This document shows positions 28,544-39,116 of a stretch of DNA of 64,000 nt, piece after piece (positions within the stretch are counted from its first letter, which is position 1; each line of letters begins with the position of its first letter). A model generated the notes under the pieces. It saw nothing but the letters and a program-made list of their open reading frames with translations, was not told the origin of the DNA and did no database searches. Location of the stretch: contig JBMOPW010000045.1 in NCBI GenBank assembly GCA_049322915.1, positions 1 to 64,000 of the forward strand, written 5' to 3'. A program made the translations under genes and the position numbers. The DNA comes from Candidatus Zhuqueibacterota bacterium. GTDB taxonomy: Bacteria; Zhuqueibacterota; Zhuqueibacteria; Thermofontimicrobiales; Thermofontimicrobiaceae.

Positions 28544-28650
28544 ATCTTTCTCCGAAACACATGAAACGCACAAGTGATAGTCGATCAAAATAAATTCCAG
28601 GACAGGCTTTCTTTGTGCTGAAACATTGCCTGCGCCTTTCGCATTGCCAC

Positions 28651-28685
28651 AAGAAAAAAGGGCTGAAAATTCAGCCCTTTCTCTT
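28651..28685 (-). terminator. Intrinsic terminator downstream of tRNA-Phe
   Basis: AAAGGGCTGAA-aa-TTCAGCCCTTT hairpin with flanking A/T tracts. Confidence 0.75.
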
Positions 28686-28818
28686 GAACCAACCACAATG
28701 GAATTCAATGGTATTGAAAATTTTATGTCTTTTCTTCAAAATAGAAATCGCTTGCACGAAGTTAATAAACGTTGCTTTTTCTAAAAACCCGATTCAGTAA
28801 TTTACTTCAAGAACGAAG

Positions 28819-28891
<73 letters not shown>

Positions 28892-28915
28892 ACGAAATCA
28901 AAATTAACGCGGGTA

Positions 28916-28944
28916 AAGATAATACATTTTTCAGTAAAAGTCAA
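28916..28944 (-). promoter_or_regulatory. Sigma70-type promoter of tRNA-Phe
   Basis: TTGACT-N17-TATCTT on the minus strand just upstream of the tRNA. Confidence 0.7.
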
Positions 28945-28979
28945 TAATTATTTTGGCGGTTTCCCCACAGGAATTCATC

Positions 28980-29474
28980 TCAAGCCGAAGGATTTTTTTT
29001 CAGACAGTCGGACAGGTTGATGGATTTGGCAGTGGGAACGTCGCGTCCCTCCAGGCGAATATTCATCTCAAGGAGCTTTTTCAAGGAAGCCATATCTTCA
29101 TTATCCACAAAAATGTAAGCGGCGAGGCGAGTCTTCCCATGCTTGAAATGCATGCCGCCGATATTGACGACGTCGATATCAAGCCCTTTTTCTATCAGTT
29201 CGACAATGTGCTGCGGCGACTCCACCAGCAGGATAGTCTTGTCATCCGACGTCTGCTTCAACATGTGAAGCGTTTCTTCCTGGGTGGAAACAGAAATCTT
29301 CAAAGGGTATGGCGCTGTGGCTTCCGCACTCATGTATAATTCTTTTTCCCATGGGGAAGAAGCAATGGAATCGCTGCAGAGAATGATTCGGTCCGGATTG
29401 AGATATAAACCCCAGCCCACAACGACTTGGCCGTGAACGAGACGATCATCCACTCTGACTAAAATTAGCGGCAT
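28980..29474 (-). CDS. PTS mannose/sorbose-family EIIB component
   Basis: RVDDRLVHGQV phospho-His motif; VNIGGM. Confidence 0.93.
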   Translation of the reverse strand: MPLILVRVDDRLVHGQVVVGWGLYLNPDRIILCSDSIASSPWEKELYMSAEATAPYPLKISVSTQEETLHMLKQTSDDKTILLVESPQHIVELIEKGLDIDVVNIGGMHFKHGKTRLAAYIFVDNEDMASLKKLLEMNIRLEGRDVPTAKSINLSDCLKKNPSA

Positions 29475-29498
29475 ATTACCTCTATCATTAATAAAGAA

Positions 29499-29885
29499 TT
29501 AGCCCTCGTAATGGTCGATACCTCGGATGCCATCGAATTTGATTTTTTCAGCCAATTCTCGGAGTCCAACCTGGTTGCGTTTCGTCACGAAGGAAATGAA
29601 CATCGGCAAATTTACACCGGAGACGACTTCAATATTGGGCAATTGCCGGGAAATGGTAACGGCTGCATTCCAGCAGCTACCGCCTTTCAGGCTAACCATG
29701 ATGATTGTTCCGTCGTCACAATTTTCCGAGGCTATTTTTGATTTCAATCGATCGCAGATATCGGTCAATGATAAGTTTGTTGTCGACAGTTCAAAAATCG
29801 AGTCAATGCTGCCTAAGATGGTTTCGGCAGCTTTGATGATTGCCGGGCCCATTGGCCCGTGAGTTAAAATGACTCCACCAATCAT
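29499..29885 (-). CDS. PTS mannose/fructose-family EIIA component
   Basis: ILTHG, GGSCWN and VSGVNLPM motifs. Confidence 0.9.
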   Translation of the reverse strand: MIGGVILTHGPMGPAIIKAAETILGSIDSIFELSTTNLSLTDICDRLKSKIASENCDDGTIIMVSLKGGSCWNAAVTISRQLPNIEVVSGVNLPMFISFVTKRNQVGLRELAEKIKFDGIRGIDHYEG

Positions 29886-30016
29886 AGGTTGCGTTCTCTG
29901 TGGTTACTGGGTGAGTTGTCGTTCATGTCCCGATTGCCACACTGGCTATCCCCGCGTCCGATGCCGACCTTGGCGATCAGGGGGGATCCGGGACAGGTTG
30001 TCTGCTGAGTCAGTGT

Positions 30017-30985
30017 CTATTCGATATCAAAAAAGAGATATTCTTTGAGTTGAGAATTCGTTTGAATTCGTTCGATCAGTCGTTCATTGAATTCTTTAGC
30101 GGTGAATTGACCGTAAATTTTTAAGAGGTGGTTGAGCGCAATCACTTCAGCGAGGACAGTGATGTTCTTCCCTGGGAAAATAGGTAATCGGATGATGGGA
30201 ATGGTCACTCCGAGATATTCGGTCAGTTCCTCTTCCAGACCGGTCCTGTCGTAATTTTTGCCCTCTTCCCAATCTTCCAGGTGGAGCTCCACTTCAACCC
30301 GTTTCTGAAAGCGAATGGCGCGAATGCCAAATACACTTCGGGCGTCAATAATGCCGATGCCCCGAATTTCCATGTGATGCAGCAAGGTCTCGCTGCACGA
30401 ACCCAATAAAATTCCTTCGGTGCGCCGCGTCAGGTTTACCACATCATCGGCCACCAGTCGGTGACCGCGTTCGATTAGGTCCAGCGCCACCTCGCTTTTC
30501 CCGATGCCGCTGCGGCCGGTGATTAATACGCCGGTCCCGTAAACATCCACCAGTGACCCGTGAATGGTGGTGAACGGCGCGAATTTCTTTTCCAGATAGC
30601 TACTGAGCATCTGGAACACGTGCGTCGTTGAATAGACGCTTCGTAAAATCGTAATACCGTTTTCATTGGCAATGGAAATGAAATCATCAGACGGGTGGTT
30701 ATTATCCGTGATGATGATACAGGGAAGGTCAAATTCGAATACCTTGCGAAGGCTGGCCTCGCGCTTCATTGAAGGAAGCGTTTCCAGATAGGCCAATTCT
30801 GTGTTGCCAATGATTTGAACGCGTTTATAAGTGAACACATCCACGAAGCCGCTCAGTGCGAGCCCCATCCGATGGAGTTCTCGTTCCTGAATTTTCTTTT
30901 CGAAACTGGCTTCGTTATTTAAAATTTCCAGTTTAAGCCTGTTCTTGTTATCTTCATAGAGAATTTCTACCGTGAGATCATCCAT
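30017..30985 (-). CDS. hprK: HPr(Ser) kinase/phosphorylase
   Basis: HGSLVDVYG, GRSGIGKSE, LVADD and HHMEIRGIG motifs. Confidence 0.97.
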   Translation of the reverse strand: MDDLTVEILYEDNKNRLKLEILNNEASFEKKIQERELHRMGLALSGFVDVFTYKRVQIIGNTELAYLETLPSMKREASLRKVFEFDLPCIIITDNNHPSDDFISIANENGITILRSVYSTTHVFQMLSSYLEKKFAPFTTIHGSLVDVYGTGVLITGRSGIGKSEVALDLIERGHRLVADDVVNLTRRTEGILLGSCSETLLHHMEIRGIGIIDARSVFGIRAIRFQKRVEVELHLEDWEEGKNYDRTGLEEELTEYLGVTIPIIRLPIFPGKNITVLAEVIALNHLLKIYGQFTAKEFNERLIERIQTNSQLKEYLFFDIE

Positions 30986-31012
30986 ATCCCATGTATTTCC
31001 TTGATTCCAGCG

Positions 31013-31047
31013 CCCGCTGTTATTGATGCATGTTCAACAACAGCGGG
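31013..31047 (-). terminator. Stem-loop between hpf and hprK (possible partial terminator or mRNA stabiliser)
   Basis: CCCGCTGTTATTGA-N7-TCAACAACAGCGGG; no strong U-tract. Confidence 0.45.
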
Positions 31048-31059
31048 ACGCCGAATTAT

Positions 31060-31374
31060 TTATTTTGTAGTGACCTTATCATCGCCATGATGTTGAATTT
31101 TCTTCTCTTTATAACGTTTCAATTGTCGTCCCATTTTTTCTACAGCCGAATCAATCGATTTGTAAATATCATCCGTTTTTTCAATCACAGTTAACGTCTG
31201 CCCATGCACCTGAACATTGAGTTCAGCGATTTGTATCTCTTTCTGATAATCCAAAATTATTTCGCATCCGATAATTCCTTCATAAAATTTTTCTAAATGC
31301 TCTACTTCAGTAGTTGCATATTCCTTTAGCCTTTGGGAAGGCTTGTAGTGACGGGCTGTGAAACTGATTCTCAT
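31060..31374 (-). CDS. hpf: Ribosome hibernation promoting factor (HPF/RaiA, short form)
   Basis: MRISFTARH...DIYKSIDSAVEKMGRQLKRYKEK; AGGAGG RBS before ATG 31374. Confidence 0.92.
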   Translation of the reverse strand: MRISFTARHYKPSQRLKEYATTEVEHLEKFYEGIIGCEIILDYQKEIQIAELNVQVHGQTLTVIEKTDDIYKSIDSAVEKMGRQLKRYKEKKIQHHGDDKVTTK

Positions 31375-31428
31375 AGGAATCCTCCTTATGATTAAAGAAG
31401 TGAAAATCACAGTTTATTAAATGGATGA

Positions 31429-32391
31429 TCATTCCTCCCGTTCTGCTCGGGGGTGAGCTTGTTTATAGATTTTTTTAAGACGCTCTGTGGAGACATGGGT
31501 ATAAATCTGCGTGGTGGATAAACTGGCATGTCCCAACAGATCTTTTACAGCAACCAGGTCTGCTCCGCCGTCCAGAAGGTGGGTGGCAAACGAATGGCGA
31601 AGCGTGTGGGGGTACGTACCGGTCGCAGTAAAAAATTTTAAATATTTAGAAACCATCCTTTGAATCCCGCGATGGGAGAATGGCTTTCCCTTGCGATTCA
31701 GAAAGACGGTCTGAACATTTTTTTCAATCGTCAGACGAAGCAGTTCATAACGAATATTGAAATAGCTGCGAAGCGAACGGACAGCCATTTCACCGATGGG
31801 CACGACGCGCTCTTTATTCCCCTTGCCGGTTACTTTGAGCAAGCGATTGGCAAAGTCAATGTCCTGCATTTTCAGATTCGCTAATTCACTGAGCCTTATC
31901 CCTGTGCCGTAGAATAATTCAAGAATCGCCTGGTCCCGCAATCCCAGGCTGCTGGTAGCGTCGGGCAATTCCAGTGCTTTTTTGATCGTTTCATAATTCA
32001 ATGTATGAGGTATGTTTTTTTCGGTCTTCAATGAAAATAGACCGAATGAAGGATTGGTTGATATGATCTGATGACTATGCAAGTATTTGAAGAACGATTT
32101 TAAACAGGCGATTTTTCGGTTGAGGCTCGTCGCAGTGTACTTCTCTTTGCTGAGGTAGGCCAGGTAGCCTCGCAGCGTATGCCGGGTGATACTTTCCGGC
32201 GAGGTGTTTTCCAGGGTGAATTTCTCGTCCAGGTACTGCGCAAACTGTCGCAGGTCATTACTGTAGGCAACTTGCGTGTGGAGAGAATAGTTTCTTTCAA
32301 CTTTGAGATAATGAATGTATTTATCGAGGATCAAATCCCATATTTCCACCAACCCGGGATTCACCTCACTCGTCATTTTCTTGTTGCTCAT
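31429..32391 (-). CDS. xerC: Tyrosine recombinase XerC
   Basis: GIRLSE, GKGNKER, HTLRHSFATH and LLGHASLSTTQIYTH motifs; directly downstream of topA. Confidence 0.88.
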   Translation of the reverse strand: MSNKKMTSEVNPGLVEIWDLILDKYIHYLKVERNYSLHTQVAYSNDLRQFAQYLDEKFTLENTSPESITRHTLRGYLAYLSKEKYTATSLNRKIACLKSFFKYLHSHQIISTNPSFGLFSLKTEKNIPHTLNYETIKKALELPDATSSLGLRDQAILELFYGTGIRLSELANLKMQDIDFANRLLKVTGKGNKERVVPIGEMAVRSLRSYFNIRYELLRLTIEKNVQTVFLNRKGKPFSHRGIQRMVSKYLKFFTATGTYPHTLRHSFATHLLDGGADLVAVKDLLGHASLSTTQIYTHVSTERLKKIYKQAHPRAEREE

Positions 32392-34633
32392 ACTTTGCTT
32401 TACATTTTGGACAGTAAAGGTAATTTCCCGAGGATTTGTTGTATCGCCTTTCTAAAAAAGGTGAACCGCACTGCTCGCATTTCGTGGCTACCGGCGCATA
32501 CCAGGTTGCAAAATTGCAGCTGGGATAGCTGCTGCAACCATAGAATGTCTTGCCACGTTTGGAGCGGCGTTCCACAATGAACCCGGTGCACCCTTCGGCC
32601 GGACAGGGTATTCCCAACGAGAAGGGTTTATTATTCACGCAATCCGGATATCCGGAGCAGGCAAGAAATCGACCATAACGCCCCTGCTTCACGATCATTG
32701 GCTTGCCGCATTTCTCGCATATCTCATCGGTCTGAATCTCCTCGCCTTCGATCGGTTTTGTGTAGCGACAATCCGGGTAGCCGCTGCAGCCGATGAACTT
32801 ACCGTTCCGACCCCAGCGAATGATGAGCGACTTGCCGCACTTGGGACAGGTCTCATCGGCATTTTCGATGAGCGAGTCTTTGATCGACTCTTTCTTCGTC
32901 CTGGTCGCTTCCAATGCAGAGTGAAATGGCCGGTAGAAATCCTGCATCACATCTAAAAATCGTTTATCCGCAGTTTCAATTTTATCCAGTTCATCTTCCA
33001 TCCGCGCGGTGAATTTCACGTTGAAAATAGTCGGAAAATTTTGAATGAGAATATCATTCACGGTGAATCCGAGTTCGGTGGGAACCAATTGACGGGCGTT
33101 CTTCTCGATGTATTTTCGCGTCAATAATGTGCTGATGATGGTGGCATAGGTGCTGGGTCGGCCAATGGCCAGTGTGTCGAGCTCTTTCACCAGACTACTT
33201 TCAGAAAACCGGGAGGGTGGTTTGGTGAAATGCTGTTTGGGAATCAGATTCAGCAGCGTCAGCGTTTCCCCCTGACGAAGTTCCGTGGGCACATTGGAGG
33301 GTTGGTTATTGTCCTCGTCACCGTTCCCATCCGATTCCTGAAAGTCCTCGTACGCTTGAAGGAAACCGCGAAATTTGATGACTGAGCCCGTGGTTCGAAA
33401 CAGGTAATCTTCGCTCAATTCGTTTCCTGTTTTGACGCCGGCAATGATGTCGACGGTCGTCTGTTCCAGCCGGGCATCGCTCATCTGGCAGGCGATGAAG
33501 CGATTCCAGATCAATTCGTACAACCGAAACAATTCGGCATTCAAATATTTCTTGACCTTCTTCGGTTCCCGTTTCATGGACGTCGGACGAATTGCCTCAT
33601 GCGCATCCTGAGCGCCCTTTCTCACTTTAAAAATCCGCTCTTTGGCAGGCAGATATTCCAGCCCGTAGGAATTGGCAATATAGTCCCGCACTTCAGCAAT
33701 GGCCTCACTGGCTATTCGCGTCGAGTCCGTTCGCATGTAGGTGATCAGTCCAATGCTGCCCTCTTCACCCAATTCTATTCCTTCATAAAGCTGCTGCGCC
33801 AGAGCCATAATTTTTTTGGCCGAGAATCCGAGCCGTTTCGAGGCTTCCTGCTGCAGCGTGCTGGTGATAAACGGCGGCGCTGGCTGGCGACGCACTTCCT
33901 TCTTGGTGATCGTGTGGACGAAGTATTGCTTGGTCTTCAAATCATCGATGATGTGATTGGCCGAAGGTTCATCCTTGATATCAGCTTTTTTATTATTGAC
34001 TTTGATCAGATTCGAAAGGAAGGGATTTGTTTTCGCGCCCTGGAGTTCGGCCGTGATTGTCCAATATTCCTGGGGGATGAACGCGGTAATTTCACGCTCG
34101 CGTTCCACAATGAGCCGCAGAGCCACGGACTGAACCCTCCCGGCGCTGAGGCCGCGGTAGATTGTCTGCCAAAGGATAGGGCTGACCTGATAGCCCACAA
34201 GTCGGTCCAGAACGCGCCGCGCTTTTTGCGCTTCCACTTTGTTGGAGTTGATTTCGAGGGGTGATTTGATGGCTTCAGTCACCGCGCGTTCGGTGATTTC
34301 ATTGAAAAGAATTCGAAAAATCTGGTCATTCTTGGATTTGATTTCTTCAAAAATGTGCCAGGCAATAGCTTCACCTTCGCGATCCGGGTCTGTGGCAATG
34401 AACACTTTGTCCGCGCTGACAGCGGCTTTTTTCAGATCATTTAAAATTTTGCCTTTGCCGCGGATGGTAATGTACTTTGGCTGAAAACTATCTTCAATAT
34501 CAACGCCCAGGTCGCCTTTGGGGAGATCTTTCAAGTGGCCGACGGAAGAAAGCACCAGGTAGTTTTTGCCTAAAAATTTATTGATCGTTTTGGATTTAGC
34601 GACTGATTCAACAATAACAATTGATTTCGGCAT
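32366..34633 (-). CDS. topA: DNA topoisomerase I
   Basis: IVES, ATDPDREGEAI, SAGRVQS and ITYMRTDS motifs; C-terminal zinc ribbons. Confidence 0.97.
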   Translation of the reverse strand: MPKSIVIVESVAKSKTINKFLGKNYLVLSSVGHLKDLPKGDLGVDIEDSFQPKYITIRGKGKILNDLKKAAVSADKVFIATDPDREGEAIAWHIFEEIKSKNDQIFRILFNEITERAVTEAIKSPLEINSNKVEAQKARRVLDRLVGYQVSPILWQTIYRGLSAGRVQSVALRLIVEREREITAFIPQEYWTITAELQGAKTNPFLSNLIKVNNKKADIKDEPSANHIIDDLKTKQYFVHTITKKEVRRQPAPPFITSTLQQEASKRLGFSAKKIMALAQQLYEGIELGEEGSIGLITYMRTDSTRIASEAIAEVRDYIANSYGLEYLPAKERIFKVRKGAQDAHEAIRPTSMKREPKKVKKYLNAELFRLYELIWNRFIACQMSDARLEQTTVDIIAGVKTGNELSEDYLFRTTGSVIKFRGFLQAYEDFQESDGNGDEDNNQPSNVPTELRQGETLTLLNLIPKQHFTKPPSRFSESSLVKELDTLAIGRPSTYATIISTLLTRKYIEKNARQLVPTELGFTVNDILIQNFPTIFNVKFTARMEDELDKIETADKRFLDVMQDFYRPFHSALEATRTKKESIKDSLIENADETCPKCGKSLIIRWGRNGKFIGCSGYPDCRYTKPIEGEEIQTDEICEKCGKPMIVKQGRYGRFLACSGYPDCVNNKPFSLGIPCPAEGCTGFIVERRSKRGKTFYGCSSYPSCNFATWYAPVATKCEQCGSPFLERRYNKSSGNYLYCPKCKAKYEQQENDE

Positions 34634-34653
34634 AAGCGATAAGTGTATGGATA

Positions 34654-35127
34654 TTAATGAACCTGATACGATTTTTTAAAAATGAAGAAAGAGGTCTCGC
34701 TTGTCTCTGCAGGATTGAAAATCAACGATGCAATCATCGCTTTGATTTCTGGAATTGAAATTCCGTTCTTGCCGTGCAAAAGAGCTTTCTCAATGATGCG
34801 TTCAACCTCTGGTTCACCAATGATGTCCAGTTCTCGTAATTGAATCATGTAATTATACGCCGTGGGGGTGAGAATAGACCTATCTAAATCATCCCAGGAT
34901 TTGGCAGGGTGTTTTCGGTAGGAGGGATCACCGATCATTTCACCGATGGGTTCATTGTTGAAATTTTCCATAAGCCAGGAAAAAGCGGAGTCGATCTCGG
35001 TCGCCGTGTATCCTTCTTCCTCTAACTTCTGAGAAAGACTTTCAAAGCGGCCCTGAATCGTATCGTCAATATTCGAACGCATTGCATTCACGATGAATAC
35101 CACGATTTCCTTAACTCGCTCACTCAT
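34654..35127 (-). CDS. DUF494/Smg family protein
   Basis: LEEEGYTATEIDSAFSWL; conserved position upstream of topA. Confidence 0.8.
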   Translation of the reverse strand: MSERVKEIVVFIVNAMRSNIDDTIQGRFESLSQKLEEEGYTATEIDSAFSWLMENFNNEPIGEMIGDPSYRKHPAKSWDDLDRSILTPTAYNYMIQLRELDIIGEPEVERIIEKALLHGKNGISIPEIKAMIASLIFNPAETSETSFFIFKKSYQVH

Positions 35128-35182
35128 TTCCTCGCTCCTGTATGCTTTGAGATTGATGTTTCATATCTTCGGCTTGTGACCT

Positions 35183-35210
35183 AATATAATATTATTTTCC
35201 TGAAATGCAA
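35183..35210 (-). promoter_or_regulatory. Putative sigma70 promoter of the DUF494-topA-xerC unit
   Basis: TTGCAT-N16-TATATT on the minus strand. Confidence 0.45.
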
Positions 35211-35680
35211 GCGTTATTACAATCATTTAATTTGCACGGCAACTTTTTGCTGACCCAGCAGAATGCATCTCATGAACAAGCGATTCTTTGACCCCTCCAT
35301 TGGTGTTCGAATCCACTCCCGCATCATCATGCTCTCAGTGTGGGAGACGCTAATTACAATATACTCAACAATGATTCTGAATGCAAGTTGTTTTTCTGAT
35401 AAATATCTTCTATTTTCACAAAGACCAATGAGTTGAGCCCTGTAAAAAAAATCTGAAGGCGAACTCACCGTCATCGTCGTTGAATTGTCCTGCAACGCAC
35501 ACGGTGCCGGTCATTCAGGTGAATGATTCGTGGTGAATGACACAGTCTCCTTCATTATCGGAATTTCAGTGAAATTCGTAAATCAGGAGTCAGTTTACTG
35601 ACCACGCCCTGGCTGTTCCCGTTCTGACGCGAAATCGGCCTGAGTTCATCCACAGCCGGGATCTGTGTGCGCCGGAAAAC

Positions 35681-38600
35681 CTACGTATTGATGCCGCAGC
35701 ATTTTTTATACTTTTTGCCGCTGCCGCAGGGGCAGGGATCGTTCCGTCCCACTTTAGGCGCAGCGACGACCGGCGCTTTTTTCCCGGGCTGTTGCATCTG
35801 GGGCTGAGCCCCTGGTTCGCCCTGTGCCTCAGCGGGTCGCGCTTTGAAGCCCATTCCATCCGCGGCCACATGAGATTCCTTCATTTCAACCGGTCGGCGC
35901 CGGCGCATCATGGTTGGCTCTTCGCGCAACTGAGCTTTGAAAATTAACTCGATAACACTTTCGTTGATTCGGGCCAGCATGTCCGAGAAGGTGCGGAACC
36001 CTTCGCTTTTATACTCAAGCAACGGATCTTTCTGCCCATAGGCGCGCAGTCCGATGCCCTCTTTCAACTGGTCCATTTCATACAAGTGCTCGCGCCAGCT
36101 TGTGTCGATCACCTGAAGCATGGCCAGACGCTCCAGTTTTCGGATGTTCGATTCACCCAGGGTGCGCTCTCTTCGTTTATAATTTTCCAGCGTTTTCGCC
36201 CGCGCGGTTTCAAGCAACTCTTCTTTTTTGAGACTGTTCGGAATGTCGTTGATATCATACGGCAGATTGACCAAAAACATCCGCTGCATGTCGCTGATAA
36301 TATCCGTCCAATTCCAGTCCTCGGGATAGGCGCCGCCGCTGGTATGGGTCTCGACGCGGTCTTCAATGACCTGGTCGATCATCTCCAGAATTTGATCGCG
36401 CAGATTCTGCCCGCGAAGCGCATTGGCGCGCATGCTGTAGATGACCTCGCGCTGCTGATTCATCACATCGTCGTATTCGAGGAGGTGCTTGCGAATGTCG
36501 AAGTTGTGGGTTTCCACGCGCTTTTGCGCGCGCTCAATGGAACGGCTGATCATGGGATGCTGTATCACTTCGCCATCCTGAACGCCAAGCCGGTCCATCA
36601 CTCCGGCAATTCGCTCCGACCCGAATAGTCGCATCAAATCATCCTCCAGCGAGAGGTAGAAACGGCTGGAACCGGGATCGCCCTGACGACCGCTTCGGCC
36701 GCGCAATTGCCGATCGATGCGTCGCGACTCATGCCGTTCGGTGCCAATAATATGAAGTCCGCAGGGCACGTCGCGTTCGCATTCTTTCAAATTGATGGAC
36801 TCCGGAATGGTTCGGTCATTATCTTCCACGAGATAGCAACCGCCATTGCATAGTATGACTCCCTTCCCGAGCTTAATGTCCGTGCCACGACCGGCCATGT
36901 TGGTGGCAATGGTGACCGTCCCCGGCTGGCCGGCTTTGCTGACGATTTGCGCTTCCTCTTTATGATATTTCGCGTTCAACACCGAGTGCTTGATACCGCG
37001 GCGTTTGAGCATGCGGCTCAATGTTTCCGAGGTCTCGACAGAAATGGTGCCGACGAGTACAGGACGGTTCTTTTTGTTGAGTTGCTCGATCTCGTCAATG
37101 ACGGCATTGAACTTTTCGCGCTTTGTCCGATAAATTTGATCGTCGTAATCGAACCGTCGAATCGGCTCATTGGTCGGAATGACCACCACGTCCAGTTTAT
37201 AAATTTGCCAGAATTCATTGGCCTCGGTTTCGGCTGTGCCGGTCATGCCGGCCAGTTTGGAATAGAGCCTGAACAGGTTCTGAAGCGTGATGGTAGCCAG
37301 AGTCTGGGACTCCCGTTCAATTTTAACGCCTTCCTTGGCTTCAATGGCCTGGTGCAATCCATCGCTATAGCGTCTGCCGGGCATGAGACGGCCGGTGAAT
37401 TCATCCACAATCATCACTTTGCCGTCGTCCGAGACGACGTACTCCACGTCCCGCTCGAACAGGGAGTAGGCGCGTAAGAGCTGAGAAATATTATGAATGC
37501 GCTCGCTCTTCTCGCCATATTCGACCTGAATTTTGTCCCGCAGTGCAAGCTTTGCCTGCTCGTCCATTTCTTCATTTTTGTCGATGTTGTTCAATTCAAT
37601 GGCCAGATCCGGCAGAACGAACATGGAGGGATCGTTGGGCGACAGCGCCTCCCGGCCTTTCTCGGTGAGGTCAATGATATGAGATTTCTCATCGATGGCG
37701 TAGTAGAGCTCTTCATCCAGTTCATGCATTTTTTTATCGCGCAGAAAGTCGTTTTCCACATGATGCATGATTTTCTTGACGCCCACCTCGTTTAGGATTT
37801 TTGTCAATTTTTTATTCTTGGGCGCGCCGCGTTTGGCCTGCAGCAATTTGATGCCGGCTTCGTATTCTTCGCCCTGCTGCAAAAGCTGCTCAGCTTCGGA
37901 AATAATTTTATTGACCAGCGATGTCTGATTGCGGACGAGTTGCGCCACGCGCGGTTTGACTTCTTCAAATTTCTGGGTGGAATGTTCCACCGGCCCGGAA
38001 ATGATGAGCGGGGTTCGCGCTTCGTCAACCAGCACGGAATCGACCTCGTCGATGATGGCGTAATTAGGCTTCCGCTGCACGAGGTCGGCGACGCGAAGCG
38101 CCATATTGTCTCGCAGATAATCGAAGCCAAATTCATTGTTGGTACCGTAGGTGATGTCCTTGTTGTAGGCGATCTGACGTTGCGGCGGATCCATTTCATT
38201 GGTGATGTACGCGGATGTCAGACCCAGCGTCTCATAGATTTTGCCCATCCATTCGCAGTCGCGTCGGGCTAAGTAATCGTTCACCGTTACGAGATGGGCG
38301 CCCTTGCCGGTCAGCGCGTTCAGGTAAAGCGGCAGCGAGGCCACCAGGGTTTTGCCTTCACCCGTGGCCATCTCGGCAATTTTTCCTTCATGAAGCACAA
38401 TGCCGCCAATGAGCTGAACATCGAATGGAATCATGTCCCACGTCGTTGGGATATCGCTCACGTTCCATGATTTCCCAATCAGCCGACGGCATGTTTCCTT
38501 GACGACAGCGAATGCCTGAGGGAGTATCTCCATCAAAGCGGATTCCGTCGCAGTCGTCTCTTCCTCTTCCAGCGCAGAGATTTCATCGCGAATGGCGTCC

Positions 38601-38851
38601 TGGTTGAGCGCCTCGTCCGAGGCAGCATCCTGCCGCAACTGCTGATTCAGTTCGAAAATTTGCATCTGAATCTCGTCCACCTGTTCCTGAATCCGCTTTT
38701 TAAATTCGATCGTTTTCAGGCGAAGCGCTTCATCAGACAGGAAATGATATTCCTGATAATAGTCATTGATTTCATCAATATGGGGTGAAACACGTTTTAC
38801 ATCACGTTCGTGTTTACTGCCAAAAATTTTTGTTAAAAAATTACCAGCCAT
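35681..38851 (-). CDS. secA: Preprotein translocase ATPase SecA
   Basis: MATGEGKT, DEVDS, TNMAGRGTDI and QLRGRSGRQGDPG motifs; C-terminal SEC-C CPCGSGKKYKKCC. Confidence 0.98.
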   Translation of the reverse strand: MAGNFLTKIFGSKHERDVKRVSPHIDEINDYYQEYHFLSDEALRLKTIEFKKRIQEQVDEIQMQIFELNQQLRQDAASDEALNQDAIRDEISALEEEETTATESALMEILPQAFAVVKETCRRLIGKSWNVSDIPTTWDMIPFDVQLIGGIVLHEGKIAEMATGEGKTLVASLPLYLNALTGKGAHLVTVNDYLARRDCEWMGKIYETLGLTSAYITNEMDPPQRQIAYNKDITYGTNNEFGFDYLRDNMALRVADLVQRKPNYAIIDEVDSVLVDEARTPLIISGPVEHSTQKFEEVKPRVAQLVRNQTSLVNKIISEAEQLLQQGEEYEAGIKLLQAKRGAPKNKKLTKILNEVGVKKIMHHVENDFLRDKKMHELDEELYYAIDEKSHIIDLTEKGREALSPNDPSMFVLPDLAIELNNIDKNEEMDEQAKLALRDKIQVEYGEKSERIHNISQLLRAYSLFERDVEYVVSDDGKVMIVDEFTGRLMPGRRYSDGLHQAIEAKEGVKIERESQTLATITLQNLFRLYSKLAGMTGTAETEANEFWQIYKLDVVVIPTNEPIRRFDYDDQIYRTKREKFNAVIDEIEQLNKKNRPVLVGTISVETSETLSRMLKRRGIKHSVLNAKYHKEEAQIVSKAGQPGTVTIATNMAGRGTDIKLGKGVILCNGGCYLVEDNDRTIPESINLKECERDVPCGLHIIGTERHESRRIDRQLRGRSGRQGDPGSSRFYLSLEDDLMRLFGSERIAGVMDRLGVQDGEVIQHPMISRSIERAQKRVETHNFDIRKHLLEYDDVMNQQREVIYSMRANALRGQNLRDQILEMIDQVIEDRVETHTSGGAYPEDWNWTDIISDMQRMFLVNLPYDINDIPNSLKKEELLETARAKTLENYKRRERTLGESNIRKLERLAMLQVIDTSWREHLYEMDQLKEGIGLRAYGQKDPLLEYKSEGFRTFSDMLARINESVIELIFKAQLREEPTMMRRRRPVEMKESHVAADGMGFKARPAEAQGEPGAQPQMQQPGKKAPVVAAPKVGRNDPCPCGSGKKYKKCCGINT

Positions 38852-39116
38852 CGTTGCTCCTTAAAATCAGAAAAACACCCGTCAGAGACGGTCTTCATTG
38901 TTGTAACTGCTTAGTCATTTCAAGTTCGCTATGCGAGCCAACCGATCGTTCGGGATGTTCATCCCGAACGGTGCGCCTACCAGGGGATAAACGGCCCAAC
39001 TATTTCCCGTGCGATCAAATGGATAAACAGTGACTCATTTCTTTAGCCTACCTTAATAAAAATAATTTTCTCAATTATACTTTAAGGCTGTGTAAAAAGT
39101 TCGGTTTTACATGGAA

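Noticed and set aside
28544..28708. N-terminal extension of the GH13 ORF
   Set aside because: Overlaps the tRNA terminator; a good RBS precedes ATG 28543
31429..32391. Tyrosine recombinase near a tRNA as a possible island integrase
   Set aside because: Sits in the usual smg-topA-xerC context, is separated from the tRNA by housekeeping genes, and no duplicated tRNA 3' end (att site) was seen
35128..35680. 553-nt gap between secA and DUF494 as a dprA remnant or small gene
   Set aside because: Short ORFs there lack motifs and no DprA-like sequence was recognised; only short palindromes and a promoter
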